A stretch of DNA of 64,000 nt from an uncultured Actinomycetes bacterium. GTDB taxonomy: Bacteria > Actinomycetota > Acidimicrobiia > IMCC26256 > DASPTH01. Under the pieces are notes generated by a model. It did no database searches. It worked only from the letters and a program-made list of their open reading frames with translations, and had not been told where the DNA came from. Position numbers and translations under genes: made by a program. This document shows, one piece after another, positions 1 through 10,225 of this stretch (within the stretch, counting starts at the first letter, position 1; each line of letters starts with the position of its first letter). The stretch lies in NCBI GenBank assembly GCA_963827385.1, contig CAWHAR010000002.1:300790-364789 (forward strand), in the 5' to 3' direction.

Positions 1-81
1 GCTCCGCGAGGCGCGGGCTTCCCGCGCGACGAATGGCTCGCACTCGCACCCGCGCTGGCGGGCCTCGGACCCGCGTCCTGA
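1..81 (+). CDS. 3' end of an upstream ORF (partial, function unknown)
   Basis: Open frame from window edge to TGA at 79-81; only 26 codons visible; possibly the neighbouring subunit of the CoxL-like enzyme. Confidence 0.25.
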   Translation, partial: APRGAGFPRDEWLALAPALAGLGPAS

Positions 82-135
82 GCCACTCACGCGCGGCCGA
101 CTCGCCGACGGCGGGAACGGGATAGGTTTGCCGCG

Positions 136-2466
136 ATGGCTGCCACGGTCCCGCCGCGCACCGCCGGACGCTTCGTCGGCCAGAAGGTGCCACGCAAGGA
201 AGACCCCCGGCTCCTCACGGGCCACGGTCGCTACATCGACGACGTCGTCGTGAAGGGAATGCTCCACGCGACGTTCGTGCGCAGCGACGTCACGCGAGCG
301 CGCATCACACGCATCGACGTCGACGCCGCTCGTCAGGGCGAGGGGGTGCACGCCGTCTTTACTGCGGCCGACCTCAATGACAAGATCGCGGGGTCGATGC
401 TGCCCACGTTGTTCCAGGGTGCCGAAGCGTTCTTCGCGCCGATCATCCCGCTCGCGGCCCACGATGTGCGATTCGTCGGCGATCCGGTTGCGTTGATCAT
501 CGCCGAGAGCCGGTACCTCGCAGAAGACGCGGCCGAACTGGTCGAAGTCGACTACGACGTGCACAACGCGGTCATCGACTACGAGATCGCGGCCGACGGT
601 GAACCCGTCCACGCCAACCGCCCCTCGAACGTGGCGATGGTGCTCGGCAGCGAACCCAGCGACGCCCTCCTGGCGCGGTTCGACGCTGCCGCGCACGTCG
701 TCACGGGCACGGTTCGTCAGCACCGCTACAGCACGGTGCCGATGGAGTGTCGCGGTGTCGTGGTGGGCTACGACCCGTTCGACGAGCTCCTCGACGTGCA
801 CATGTCGAGCCAGAGCCCCCACGAAGTGCGACTCGCGTTCAGTCGGGTCACGGGCGTGCCCGTGAACAACGTACGTGTGCAGATCGGCGACGTCGGCGGA
901 GGATTCGGTCTCAAGTCGTTCGTCGGTCGCGAGGAGATGGTCATCGCGCTCGCCGCACGAGTGCTGCAGCGACCGATCAAATGGATCGAGGACCGACGCG
1001 AGAACCTCATCGCGTCGGCGCATGCACGCCAAGAGCTCGCGCACGTGACCATGTCCGCCGACGCCGACGGTCACTTCAGCGCCATGTACGCCGACCTGCT
1101 CGACGACTCGGGCGCGTACCCCGTCGGTGGCGGGAGCGCCGGCGGACTCGCCGGTCCTCTGTTCACTGGCCCGTATCGCGTCGACACGTTGGAGTGGCGC
1201 GCGACCCAGCTCTACACCAACAGTTGCGGAAGCGCGGCGTACCGCGGACCGTGGATGATGGAGACGACGGCACACGAGCAGATGATCGACGTGTTCGCCC
1301 GCTCGATCGATGTCGACCCGATCGACCTGCGGCGCCGCAACGTGATTCATCGTTCCGAGCTTCCCTACACGTCGGCGGGTGGTCAGGTGATCGACTTCGT
1401 GTCGCCGGAAGAGACGCTGGAACAAGTGGTCGACGTGATCGGGTACGACGCGTTCCGCGTCGAGCAGGCTGCGGCGCTCGCCGACGGACGGCTCCTCGGC
1501 GTCGGCGTCGCGCTCTACGTCGAGCCGCAGCCTGGCATGGGTCCCTACGCCAACGAGCCGGTGCACATCCGCATCGCCAACGACGGTCGCGTCGACGTGT
1601 ACCTCTCGTCGGGGTCACATGGACAAGGCCTCGAGACCACCACCGCGCAGCTCACTGCCGAGTTCCTCGGTGTGCACACCGACGACGTCACGGTGCATCA
1701 GGGCGACACCGACTCCACGCCGTACGGACCGGGAACGGGAGGGAGTCGGAGCGGCCCGATGATCGGCGGCGTGGTCCACGACGCGTCGCAGGTCCTCAAG
1801 GAAAAGGTGTTCGCCATCGCCGGCCACATGCTCGAGGCCGCACCGGAGGACCTCGAGATCGAGGAGCGGATCATCTCCGTGCGCGGCACGCCGTCGAAGC
1901 AGGTCACGATGGCCGACGTCGCGAGGATGGCCTACCACGGATCTGCCGCGCTGCCGCCCGACATCGACCCGGTGCTCGAAGTCGTGCATCGTTACGCAGC
2001 ACCGGCGGGCATGTGGTCGAACGCGGCACACGCCTGCACGGTCGAGGTGAACCGGAACACCGGCATCACCACGATCCTGCGCTTCGTGGTGAGCGAAGAC
2101 TGCGGCAAGATGATCAATCCCAGCATCGTCGACGGCCAAGTTGCCGGGGGCGTGGCGCAGGGAATCGGTGGTGTGCTGTACGAGCACAACGTGTACGACG
2201 AGGATGGCAACCCACTGTCGTCGACGTTCCTCGACTACCTGCTTCCAACGGCCGCCGAGATCCCCGACATCGAGACGTACCACTTGGAAACACCGGCGGC
2301 CACCGCCGGCGGCTTCAAAGGTGTGGGCGAAGGCGGTGCGATCGGAGCACCAGCTGCCGTGTTCAACGCCGTCGCCGACGCGCTGGCGCAGGTCGGCGCC
2401 GTCATCACCGACCAGCCTGCCGACCCCGACCGTGTGCTCGCCGCGCTGCGGGCCGCCTCCGCGTGA
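136..2466 (+). CDS. xanthine dehydrogenase/aldehyde oxidase family molybdopterin-binding large subunit (CoxL-like)
   Basis: 776-aa intact ORF; N-terminal GRFVGQKVPRKEDPRLLTGHGRYIDD and internal AYRGP/GGGFG motifs typical of the XdhA/CoxL family. Confidence 0.85.
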   Translation: MAATVPPRTAGRFVGQKVPRKEDPRLLTGHGRYIDDVVVKGMLHATFVRSDVTRARITRIDVDAARQGEGVHAVFTAADLNDKIAGSMLPTLFQGAEAFFAPIIPLAAHDVRFVGDPVALIIAESRYLAEDAAELVEVDYDVHNAVIDYEIAADGEPVHANRPSNVAMVLGSEPSDALLARFDAAAHVVTGTVRQHRYSTVPMECRGVVVGYDPFDELLDVHMSSQSPHEVRLAFSRVTGVPVNNVRVQIGDVGGGFGLKSFVGREEMVIALAARVLQRPIKWIEDRRENLIASAHARQELAHVTMSADADGHFSAMYADLLDDSGAYPVGGGSAGGLAGPLFTGPYRVDTLEWRATQLYTNSCGSAAYRGPWMMETTAHEQMIDVFARSIDVDPIDLRRRNVIHRSELPYTSAGGQVIDFVSPEETLEQVVDVIGYDAFRVEQAAALADGRLLGVGVALYVEPQPGMGPYANEPVHIRIANDGRVDVYLSSGSHGQGLETTTAQLTAEFLGVHTDDVTVHQGDTDSTPYGPGTGGSRSGPMIGGVVHDASQVLKEKVFAIAGHMLEAAPEDLEIEERIISVRGTPSKQVTMADVARMAYHGSAALPPDIDPVLEVVHRYAAPAGMWSNAAHACTVEVNRNTGITTILRFVVSEDCGKMINPSIVDGQVAGGVAQGIGGVLYEHNVYDEDGNPLSSTFLDYLLPTAAEIPDIETYHLETPAATAGGFKGVGEGGAIGAPAAVFNAVADALAQVGAVITDQPADPDRVLAALRAASA

Positions 2467-2482
2467 CAAGGACAACGATCAC

Positions 2483-3727
2483 ATGAGCATCATCGAAGCG
2501 ACTGAGCCCTACTACGACCCGTACGACTATGAGGTCGACGCGCACGTGCACGAGGTGTGGCGGCGCCTGCGCGACGAGGCACCCCTGTATCGCAACGAGA
2601 AGTACGACTTCTACGCGGTGAGCCGGTTCGACGACGTGCTGCCCGCGATGCTCGACACCGCGACCTTCAGCTCGGCGCACATGACTGTGCTCGAGATGAT
2701 GACGGAAGAGGCGAACGCCTTCGGGATGATGATCTTCATGGATCCGCCCGAGCACACCCACCTCCGCAAGCTGGTGAGTCGCGCGTTCACGCCGCGCGCG
2801 ATGAACGGCCTCGAAACGCGCATCCGTCGCCTGTGCGCGGAGTACCTCGACCGGTTCGTTGGCGAGGAGAGCTTCGACTTCATCGACGACTTCGGCGCGC
2901 TCCTCCCGCCGGCGATGATCCTCGCGCTCATGGGCTTCCCTGAAGGACACGAAAGCGAGTGGCGCGAGAACATCGACCAGATGTTCCACATGGAGGAGGG
3001 CGACACCGGGTTCACCGGCAGCGCCGAAGACCGACGCGACGCCCAGGCCATGCTCGACGACTCGGGTCAGATCGGCGCCGGGCTGTACCAGATGCTCCCC
3101 GAACTGATCGAGCAACGGCGCGCCGAGCCGCAGGACGACTTGATCTCGGTGCTGGCGAACTCCGACCTCGAAGACGACGACGGCAACCTGCGCAAGGTCA
3201 CCGATGGCGAGATCTTCGCGTTCACCACGATGCTGTCGGTCGCGGGAACCGAGACGGTCGCTCGTCTCCTTTCCTGGGCCGCCGTCTTGCTCGCACGCAA
3301 CCCGGACCAACGACAGATCCTCGTCGACGACCCGGCCGTCATCGCGAACGCACTCGAGGAAACGCTGCGCTACGAGGCACCGTCACCGGTGAACGCGCGC
3401 TGGGTCAACCGCGACGTCGAGTTCCACGACCAGACCGTGCCCGCCGGATCGAAGATCTTGTTGCTCAACGGCAGCGCGGATCGCGACGACCGTCATTTCG
3501 AGAACGCCGACACCTACGACGTCCGTCGCACGATCGACCGCCACCTCGCCTTCGGCTACGGCGCACACTTCTGCGTGGGCGCGGCACTGGCCCGCCTCGA
3601 GAGCCGAATCGCGATGGAGGAGATGCTCAAGCGCTTCCCGACGTGGGAGATCGACGAGTCCGAGCTCGGGTGGGTGCACACCAGCACCGTTCGCGGCTTC
3701 GCGAAGGTGCCCGTTCACCTGCGGTAG
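2483..3727 (+). CDS. cytochrome P450
   Basis: ATG at 2483, in-frame inside track ORF 2141..3727; heme-thiolate motif FGYGAHFCVGAALAR near C-terminus; ETLR and PERF-like motifs. Confidence 0.9.
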   Translation: MSIIEATEPYYDPYDYEVDAHVHEVWRRLRDEAPLYRNEKYDFYAVSRFDDVLPAMLDTATFSSAHMTVLEMMTEEANAFGMMIFMDPPEHTHLRKLVSRAFTPRAMNGLETRIRRLCAEYLDRFVGEESFDFIDDFGALLPPAMILALMGFPEGHESEWRENIDQMFHMEEGDTGFTGSAEDRRDAQAMLDDSGQIGAGLYQMLPELIEQRRAEPQDDLISVLANSDLEDDDGNLRKVTDGEIFAFTTMLSVAGTETVARLLSWAAVLLARNPDQRQILVDDPAVIANALEETLRYEAPSPVNARWVNRDVEFHDQTVPAGSKILLLNGSADRDDRHFENADTYDVRRTIDRHLAFGYGAHFCVGAALARLESRIAMEEMLKRFPTWEIDESELGWVHTSTVRGFAKVPVHLR

Positions 3728-3736
3728 GAGACGAGC

Positions 3737-4099
3737 GTGGCGGTCGTCGGATTCGATCACGTCCAGCTCTCGATACCGGGAGGTGGCGAGACCGTCGCGG
3801 ACGGCTTCTACTGCGACCTCCTCGGCTTCGACACCGAGGACAAGCCACCGGTGCTCGCGGCGCGCGGAGGTCGGTGGTACCGATCGGGCACCACCCGGCT
3901 CCACGTGGGCGTCGATCACGACTTTCGTCCCGCGACTCGGGCGCACCCTGCGATCGTGATCGACGACCTCGACGCGTTGGTGGCCACGCTGGCCGCCGCG
4001 GGCGTGTCCGTGGAGTGGGACCACAACGTCCCGGGCGTTCGTCGCGGCTACATCCACGACCCGTTCGGCAACCGCCTGGAGCTCGTCGCGGCACGCTGA
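3737..4099 (+). CDS. VOC family protein (glyoxalase/bleomycin-resistance/dioxygenase fold)
   Basis: 120-aa ORF with paired beta-alpha-beta-beta-beta modules (VVGFDHVQLSIP ... HDPFGNRLELV). Confidence 0.7.
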   Translation: MAVVGFDHVQLSIPGGGETVADGFYCDLLGFDTEDKPPVLAARGGRWYRSGTTRLHVGVDHDFRPATRAHPAIVIDDLDALVATLAAAGVSVEWDHNVPGVRRGYIHDPFGNRLELVAAR

Positions 4100-4143
4100 C
4101 CCGGAGCGGAGTACCTCCCACACGGCACGCGTAGCCTCGCCGT

Positions 4144-4665
4144 GTGCTGCGTGCCCTCGACATCCCCCAGGACCTCGCCGACGCGGGCGATCTGCGACTG
4201 CTCACCGGGTTGTTCGACGACGCCGATGTGGAGCCGGAGCTGGCGCACAAGCTGCGCGCCACGGTGATGCTCACCTTCGAGAGCTACGAGGAGGAGGACA
4301 CGCCGATCTTCCTCGATCCCCGGGTGTGTGAGTACCTGCGCCTCGCGCACGAGCGCATTCCGCACCTGCTCTACTACCTCTCCCCCGAGCCGGCCGCCGG
4401 CGCGCTCCTCGGGTTCGGCGCGGCCTATGGGGCGCTCGTCGAGCTCCCTGACTCGCAGTTGCTGGCCGTCGATCTGGGCCTGCCGATGCTGGAACGCCTC
4501 ACCCACCACCTGGCGGCGGCGGCTCATCATGCCCAGCTGATGGAAGACCAATGGGAGCCGGTGATCGACGCGCATCTCGCGGCCTTCGACGACATCCTGC
4601 TCGCGCAGCTGCACGGGGCGGTCGATGCGATCATGCGCGCGCCGCGAGACACTCCGTGGAACTGA
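4144..4665 (+). CDS. hypothetical protein
   Basis: 173-aa acidic ORF with protein-like composition; opposite-strand ORF is Arg-rich junk; overlaps amidase start by 10 nt. Confidence 0.45.
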   Translation: MLRALDIPQDLADAGDLRLLTGLFDDADVEPELAHKLRATVMLTFESYEEEDTPIFLDPRVCEYLRLAHERIPHLLYYLSPEPAAGALLGFGAAYGALVELPDSQLLAVDLGLPMLERLTHHLAAAAHHAQLMEDQWEPVIDAHLAAFDDILLAQLHGAVDAIMRAPRDTPWN

Positions 4666-6064
4666 CCGATCTCGACGCGCTCGCGCAGGCCGACCTCGTA
4701 CGCCGCGGCGAGGTCTCGCCCCTCGAACTCGTGGAAGCTGCGATCACCGCGTCGAGGCGCTCGACCCGGTGCTCGGTGCGCTCGTCGACACACGATTCGA
4801 ACGTGCCCGCGACGAGGCGCGTGCGGGATTGCCCGACGGACCCTTCCGCGGCGTACCGATGTTGGTCAAGGACGCGGTGCAGCACTCGGCGGGTGATCGG
4901 TACCAACACGGCATGCGGTTCCTTCGCGATCACGAGTACCGCTCCCCCGCCGACAGCGAGCTCGTGCGTCGGTACCGCGCCGCAGGGTTCGTGATTCTCG
5001 GACGAACCAAGGTGCCCGAACTGACCTCGTCGAGCACCACGGAGCCGTTGGCCCACGGCCCGGCCCGCAACCCTTGGAACGTCGAGCACTCCACTGGCGG
5101 GTCGAGCGGCGGCTCGGGCGCGGCCGTCGCCGCGCGCATGGTGCCCGTCGCGCACGGCAACGACATGGGCGGCTCGATCCGCATCCCGGCGTCGTGCTGC
5201 GGACTGGTCGGGCTCAAGCCCAGCCGCCATCGCACGAGCCTGCATCCCTATGGCGAGTACTGGGGTCCCCTCACGCACGAGCACGTGCTCACCCGCACCG
5301 TTCGCGACAGTGCAGCCGTGCTCGACGCCACCGCAGGACCGGTCGCCGGCGAGCTGCACACCGCGCCGCCGCCCAGTCGGCCGTGGCTCGACGAGGTGGG
5401 TGCCGATCCCGGGCGGTTGCGCGTCGGGCTGGTCACCGAACGTGCCCTCGGGGGACCCCTCGACCCCGAGTGTGAGAGCGCGGTGCGCGACGTGGCACGC
5501 GCCCTCGAATCGCTCGGTCACTCGATCGAATCGGCGTCACCCGACGCATTGCGCAGCCCGGAGGGATCCGCGTTCAACACCATCGTCGCCTCGGGTCTCG
5601 CGGCCGAAGTGGCGCGCTGGGAGCGCGAGTTCGGCGAGCCGATCCGCGACCTCGAACCGATGAACCGTGCGCTCGTCGAACGCGGGCGGTCCGCAACCGC
5701 AGTCGAGCTGATCGACGCGACGGAGTCGCTGGCGCGATGGAGCCATGCCGTGGCAACCGCGTACGCCGAATACGACGTGTTGCTCACCCCGACGATGCCC
5801 ATCTCGCCGCCGCGCCTCGGCGTGATCGACGCCGCCGACGTCACCGGCGAGGGCATGACAGTCCTGATGTCGATGACCGAGTACCTGACACCGTTCGACG
5901 CCAGCGGCCAGCCCGCAGTGTCGCTGCCGACGCACGTGTCGGCTGCCGGACTCCCGATCGGCGTGCACCTCGTTGCCGCGTACGGGCGCGAAGACCGCTT
6001 GTTCCAGGTGGCCGCGCAACTCGAGCAGGCACTTCTCTGGTCGGAGCGCGCGCCCTCGATCTGA
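4656..6064 (+). CDS. amidase (amidase-signature family), one frameshift near 4748
   Basis: [12 protein letters not shown] ... GGSIRIPAS amidase signature. N-terminus [31 protein letters not shown] is in frame 0 (track ORF 4551..4994); the rest is in frame 2 (track ORF 4625..6064). Restoring one C gives [13 protein letters not shown]. Confidence 0.75.
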
Positions 6065-6105
6065 GCGTCGATCTGCGTCCCGTTCGTCCTGCGTAGGATG
6101 CGCGC

Positions 6106-7368
6106 ATGTCGACATCGGAACGGTTGCAACCGCACGCGCACGCGCTCTCGCACCTCCGGATCTGCGACCTGACCGGCCAACTCGCCGGCGCCGGCGCTAC
6201 CCGCTTTCTCGCTGCCTTCGGCGCGCAAGTGATCCGGGTCGAAGACCCCGTACGCCAGGGAACCTGGGACATCTTGCGGGGCGCGCCGCCGTACAAAGAC
6301 GAACGGCGCGGCGTGAACCTCGGCGGGCCGTTCAACAACCACAACGTCGAGAAGCTGGGCATCACCATCGACCTCCGTCAGGAGCGCGGGCGCGACTTGT
6401 TCGGCCGCCTCGTCGCGGTGTCCGACGCGGTCACCGAGAATTTCGCGGCCGGTGTGCTCGCGCAGCTCGGGTTTCCATACGAGGAGCTGCGTGCGCTCAA
6501 TGACGACATCGTCTACGTGTCGAATTCCGGCTTCGGCGCGAGCGGTCCCTCGGCAGGCTTCCGCACCTGGGGGCCGATCGTGCAGGCCGTCAGCGGCCTC
6601 ACCTTCTCGAGCGGACTGCCCGACCTCCCGCCAGCGGGTTGGGGCTTTTCGTACATGGACCACATGGGTGCCAACGCGATGGCCATCGCACTGCTCGCCG
6701 GCTTGATCCACCGCAATCGAACGGGGGAAGGGCAGTGGATCGACATGGCCTGCGCGGAGGCTGGTACAGCACTCGTGGGGCCTGACCTCCTCGATTTCAC
6801 GGTGAACGGCCGACCGACGCGCCGCGACGGGGAACCCAACTCGAATCGCAGTCGCTCACCCGCGATGGCACCACACGGGATCTACGCCGCGGCGGGCGAC
6901 GACAAGTGGATCGCGATCGCATGTCGCAGCGATGACGACTGGTCGGCGTTGCGGGCGCTGATCGCCGAACCGTGGGCCGATGACCCGTCGTTCGCTGCGC
7001 TCGACGGCCGGCTCGCGCGACAGAACACGCTCGACGCACGTCTCAACGAGTGGACGCGAACGCGTGACCGCGTCGCGACCGCGGCGGCATTGCGGGCCGC
7101 CGGTGTGCCCGCGTCAATCGTCGCGCTCCCGGAGGAACGCATCGACCACGACCCGGGCACAGCCGAGTTCGACCTCTGGCCGACGGTGCACCACACCGAG
7201 ATGGGCGACGTGCGCGTTGACGGCATCCCGGTCCACATGAGCGAGACCGACTGGCGCATCTCACGCGGTGGCCCGTGTCTGGGCGAGCACACGCGGCTGG
7301 TGCTGCGCGACGTGCTCGAGCTCGATGACGACGAGATCGACGATCTTGAACGGGAGAAGGTCGTATGA
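6106..7368 (+). CDS. CoA transferase, family III (CaiB/BaiF)
   Basis: 420 aa intact; N-terminal LSHLRICDLTGQLAGAGATRFLAAFGAQVIRVE is the hallmark of the family. Confidence 0.85.
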   Translation: MSTSERLQPHAHALSHLRICDLTGQLAGAGATRFLAAFGAQVIRVEDPVRQGTWDILRGAPPYKDERRGVNLGGPFNNHNVEKLGITIDLRQERGRDLFGRLVAVSDAVTENFAAGVLAQLGFPYEELRALNDDIVYVSNSGFGASGPSAGFRTWGPIVQAVSGLTFSSGLPDLPPAGWGFSYMDHMGANAMAIALLAGLIHRNRTGEGQWIDMACAEAGTALVGPDLLDFTVNGRPTRRDGEPNSNRSRSPAMAPHGIYAAAGDDKWIAIACRSDDDWSALRALIAEPWADDPSFAALDGRLARQNTLDARLNEWTRTRDRVATAAALRAAGVPASIVALPEERIDHDPGTAEFDLWPTVHHTEMGDVRVDGIPVHMSETDWRISRGGPCLGEHTRLVLRDVLELDDDEIDDLEREKVV

Positions 7369-8619
7369 GCGCGGTCGGGACGGGCCCCACCGCGCCCCGG
7401 GGCCTGCTCGACGGGCTGCGTGTGGTCGAGCTGGCAAGTGCGCACGCGGCATACGCCGGAAAGATGTTCGGCGACCTCGGCGCCGACGTGATCCTCGTGG
7501 AGCCACCCGGCGGCCACGAGAGCCGGGCATACGGGCCGTTCGTCGACGACGAGCCCGATCCCGAGCGGAGCCTGTTCTGGTGGCACTACAACACGTCGAA
7601 GCGCAGCGTGGTGATCGACCTCGACACCGAAGCAGGACGCGCGCACTTCCGCGCGCTGGCCTCCGACGTCGACATCGTGCTCGAGGGTGAACGGCCGGGG
7701 CGCCTCGCGTCACTCGGCATCGATCACGACACGCTGCGCGACGCACATCCCGAGCTGATCTGGGTGTCGGTCACCGCCTTCGGTCGCAACACGTCACGCG
7801 CCGACGAGCCGTTCACCGACCTCACGTTGCTTGCCGGTGGCGGCCCGGTGTGGAGCTGCGGCTACGACGACCACACCATCCCGCCCGTGCGCGGCAATGG
7901 CAATCAGGCGTTCCACATCGGGAGCGTGTTTGCCGTGATGGCCGCGCTCACGGCGGTGCTGCACCGCGAAGTGTCGGGGCGCGGTCAGTTCGCCGACGTG
8001 AGCATGTTCGCCGCAACCAATGTGACGACGGAGAGCTCGACGTTCGAGTGGTTCGTCGCGCAGGCCACCGTGTTTCGACAGACCGGCCGCCATGCGCTCG
8101 TGTACGACTCGCAGGAGACCCAGGTGCGCTGCGCCGACGGGAAGTACGTGACCACTGGGTTTCCACCCCGGCACCTCAAGGACTTCATCTCGCTCCGCGA
8201 CTGGATCGACGCGAGTGGGTACCGGGACCGCTTCGACGAGGTCGTGCTCCTCGACCTGGCCATCGAACGCGGAGGCGTGTCGGTCGCTTCCATCCGTGAC
8301 GACCCGCTCGCCGGCGAGATCTACGGATCGGGTCGGGCGGCGCTGGTCTTCTTGGCCGAGAACCTCACCGCCGACGAGTTCTTCGTCGGCAGCGCAGACC
8401 CGCGGCATCGCGGTCGGAGCGGTGCTCTCGCCGGAAGAAGCGATGTTCTGCGAGCAGTTCGTCGAGCGCGGCTTTCCCGTCGACGTCGTCCACGACGACC
8501 TCAGCCGCATCGTCACCTACCCCGGCGCACCGTTCGTCGCACCCAGCGCGCCGTGGCGCATCTCACGTCGCGCGCCCCACGTCGGCGAGCACAACGACGA
8601 GATCCTCGGCAAGGGCTGA
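7365..8619 (+). CDS. CoA transferase, family III (CaiB/BaiF), one frameshift near 8395
   Basis: ATGA overlap with the upstream paralog; N-terminus LDGLRVVELASAHAAYAGKMFGDLGADVILVEPPGG; C-terminal CaiB tail EEAMFCEQFVERGFPVDVVHDDLSRIVTYPG is read in track ORF 8215..8619. Confidence 0.75.
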
Positions 8620-8662
8620 AACCCTCGCCGAGGATCGGTCGTCGGTCGTGCGAGTGGAACGC

Positions 8663-10099
8663 CTACAGCGGCGGGCCTTCGGTGAGGTGCACCGTGGCGG
8701 TCTGGCGCTGGCCCGATGCATCGAGCCAGGTGACCTTCACGTCGGTGTCGGGCTTCAGCTTGTTCATCGCCGTGGTGATGTCGGTGGCGGTCTTCACCGT
8801 CGTGTCTCCGATGCCCACGATCGTGGAACCAGCTTCGATGCCTGCGTCCGCCGCCGGACCATTCTCGGTGACACCCGCCACCGGGACCCCACTGCCCGTG
8901 GTGCCGCCGATCGGTGTGCTGCCACCGAGCTGACCCTGCACCTCGACGCCGAGCACCGCACGCGGTCCGACGTGCACACTGTCAGTCGAAGCGCCCGCCT
9001 CGATCTCCTTGACCGATGACAGGGCCCGATCGATCGGGATGGCGAACGCCTCGTTCGCCGACTCGTTGCCGCCGAGGCGGAACCCGCCGCCGGTCGACGC
9101 AGCCGTCGTCATGCCGACCACCTCGCCGTCGGCGTTGACGACTGCACCACCCGACTGCCCGGGCTGCACTGATGCCGACACCTGGATCATGTCGGTGAGC
9201 GTCTCCACGCTGGCGCCGCTCTCGTCGGTGGCGGTGATCTGCTGACCGAGCGCGACCACGGTGCCGGGGCTCACGGTCGGGTCTCCACCGCGGCCAAGGG
9301 CGTTGCCGATCACGAGCACGCTGTCGTTGGCGAGCACATCGCTGCTCGTCTTGACGGTCGGGAGCCCGGAGACATTCTCGATCTGCACCAGTGCGACGTC
9401 GTCATCGATGGCGTAGCCGACCACATGCGCGTCGTAGCTCTTGCCGTTGCCGCCGATCTCGACCTGCACCTGCTCGGCGCCAGAGATCACGTGGTGATTC
9501 GTGAGCACCAAGCCCTTGCTCGACACGAGAAGTCCGGTGCCGGCTGCTTCACCCTGGCTGGTCTGCGTGTTGATGTTGACGATCGCCGGATCCACGGCCG
9601 TCGACACCGCATCCGCGTCGAGCCCGGAGCTCGTCGAGTTGTCGACGCTCGAGGTCGACGACGAACCGCCCGACGACGAACCGCCCGACGACGATCCGTT
9701 CGGCGAGATCGTGCTCGACGCGGCCGACGGCGCGGAGGACCCACGAGTGAACCAACCGTTGCGTGCGCCGAACCCGACGAACGCGCTGCCGATGAGGAGG
9801 AAGACGACGGCGAGGATCGACAGCGTGCGCTGCTGGTTGCCTCGCTGGCGACGCGCGGGCGCGGCTGCCACCGGGGCGGCGGCGTAGAGCGGGGGTGGCG
9901 GCGATGGCTCCGCGGACGGGGCCCCGTAGGCCGACGTGCCGTACGCACGCGGCGGGCCGTACGGCGGCGGAAGTGGCGGCGGGACGGCTGCCGACGGCGG
10001 ACCGTAGGGCGGCGGCGGGGAGCTCGCGCGCCAGGAGCGGCGCGGGCTCGTTGGCGCCGCCAGGTTCGGGTTCCGGCACGGGGGGAAGTGCGTCGTCAC
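8663..10099 (-). CDS. trypsin-like serine protease with C-terminal PDZ domain (HtrA/DegP-like), Pro-rich N-terminus and TM anchor
   Basis: 478 aa intact; TNHHVISGA..D(V)ALV..GNALG..GQSGG catalytic-triad context; PDZ-like LGVEVQ...GVTENGPAADAGIEAGSTIVGIGDTTV. Confidence 0.8.
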   Translation of the reverse strand: MTTHFPPCRNPNLAAPTSPRRSWRASSPPPPYGPPSAAVPPPLPPPYGPPRAYGTSAYGAPSAEPSPPPPLYAAAPVAAAPARRQRGNQQRTLSILAVVFLLIGSAFVGFGARNGWFTRGSSAPSAASSTISPNGSSSGGSSSGGSSSTSSVDNSTSSGLDADAVSTAVDPAIVNINTQTSQGEAAGTGLLVSSKGLVLTNHHVISGAEQVQVEIGGNGKSYDAHVVGYAIDDDVALVQIENVSGLPTVKTSSDVLANDSVLVIGNALGRGGDPTVSPGTVVALGQQITATDESGASVETLTDMIQVSASVQPGQSGGAVVNADGEVVGMTTAASTGGGFRLGGNESANEAFAIPIDRALSSVKEIEAGASTDSVHVGPRAVLGVEVQGQLGGSTPIGGTTGSGVPVAGVTENGPAADAGIEAGSTIVGIGDTTVKTATDITTAMNKLKPDTDVKVTWLDASGQRQTATVHLTEGPPL

Positions 10100-10225
10100 T
10101 CTCGGGCATTACGTGAGCCTCTCGTCAGGCCTCTCCACACGTTGCCAGCAGTGTGGTCGTTCGAAACTGTGAAAGACCTGTGCCGCGCATGCCCGATATC
10201 GACCACCTGATTACGATGGCGCACG

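Noticed and set aside
747-2486. 579-aa Arg/Pro-rich ORF overlapping the CoxL-like gene in another frame. There are many similar long ORFs (for example 5518..6711, 6882..7646, 10096..11357, 22258..23397, 28151..29329, 38993..40195, 45997..47166).
   Set aside because: These are typical GC-driven shadow ORFs. They have extreme R/P/G/A composition and no motifs. Each overlaps a gene with clear family signatures on the other strand or in another frame.
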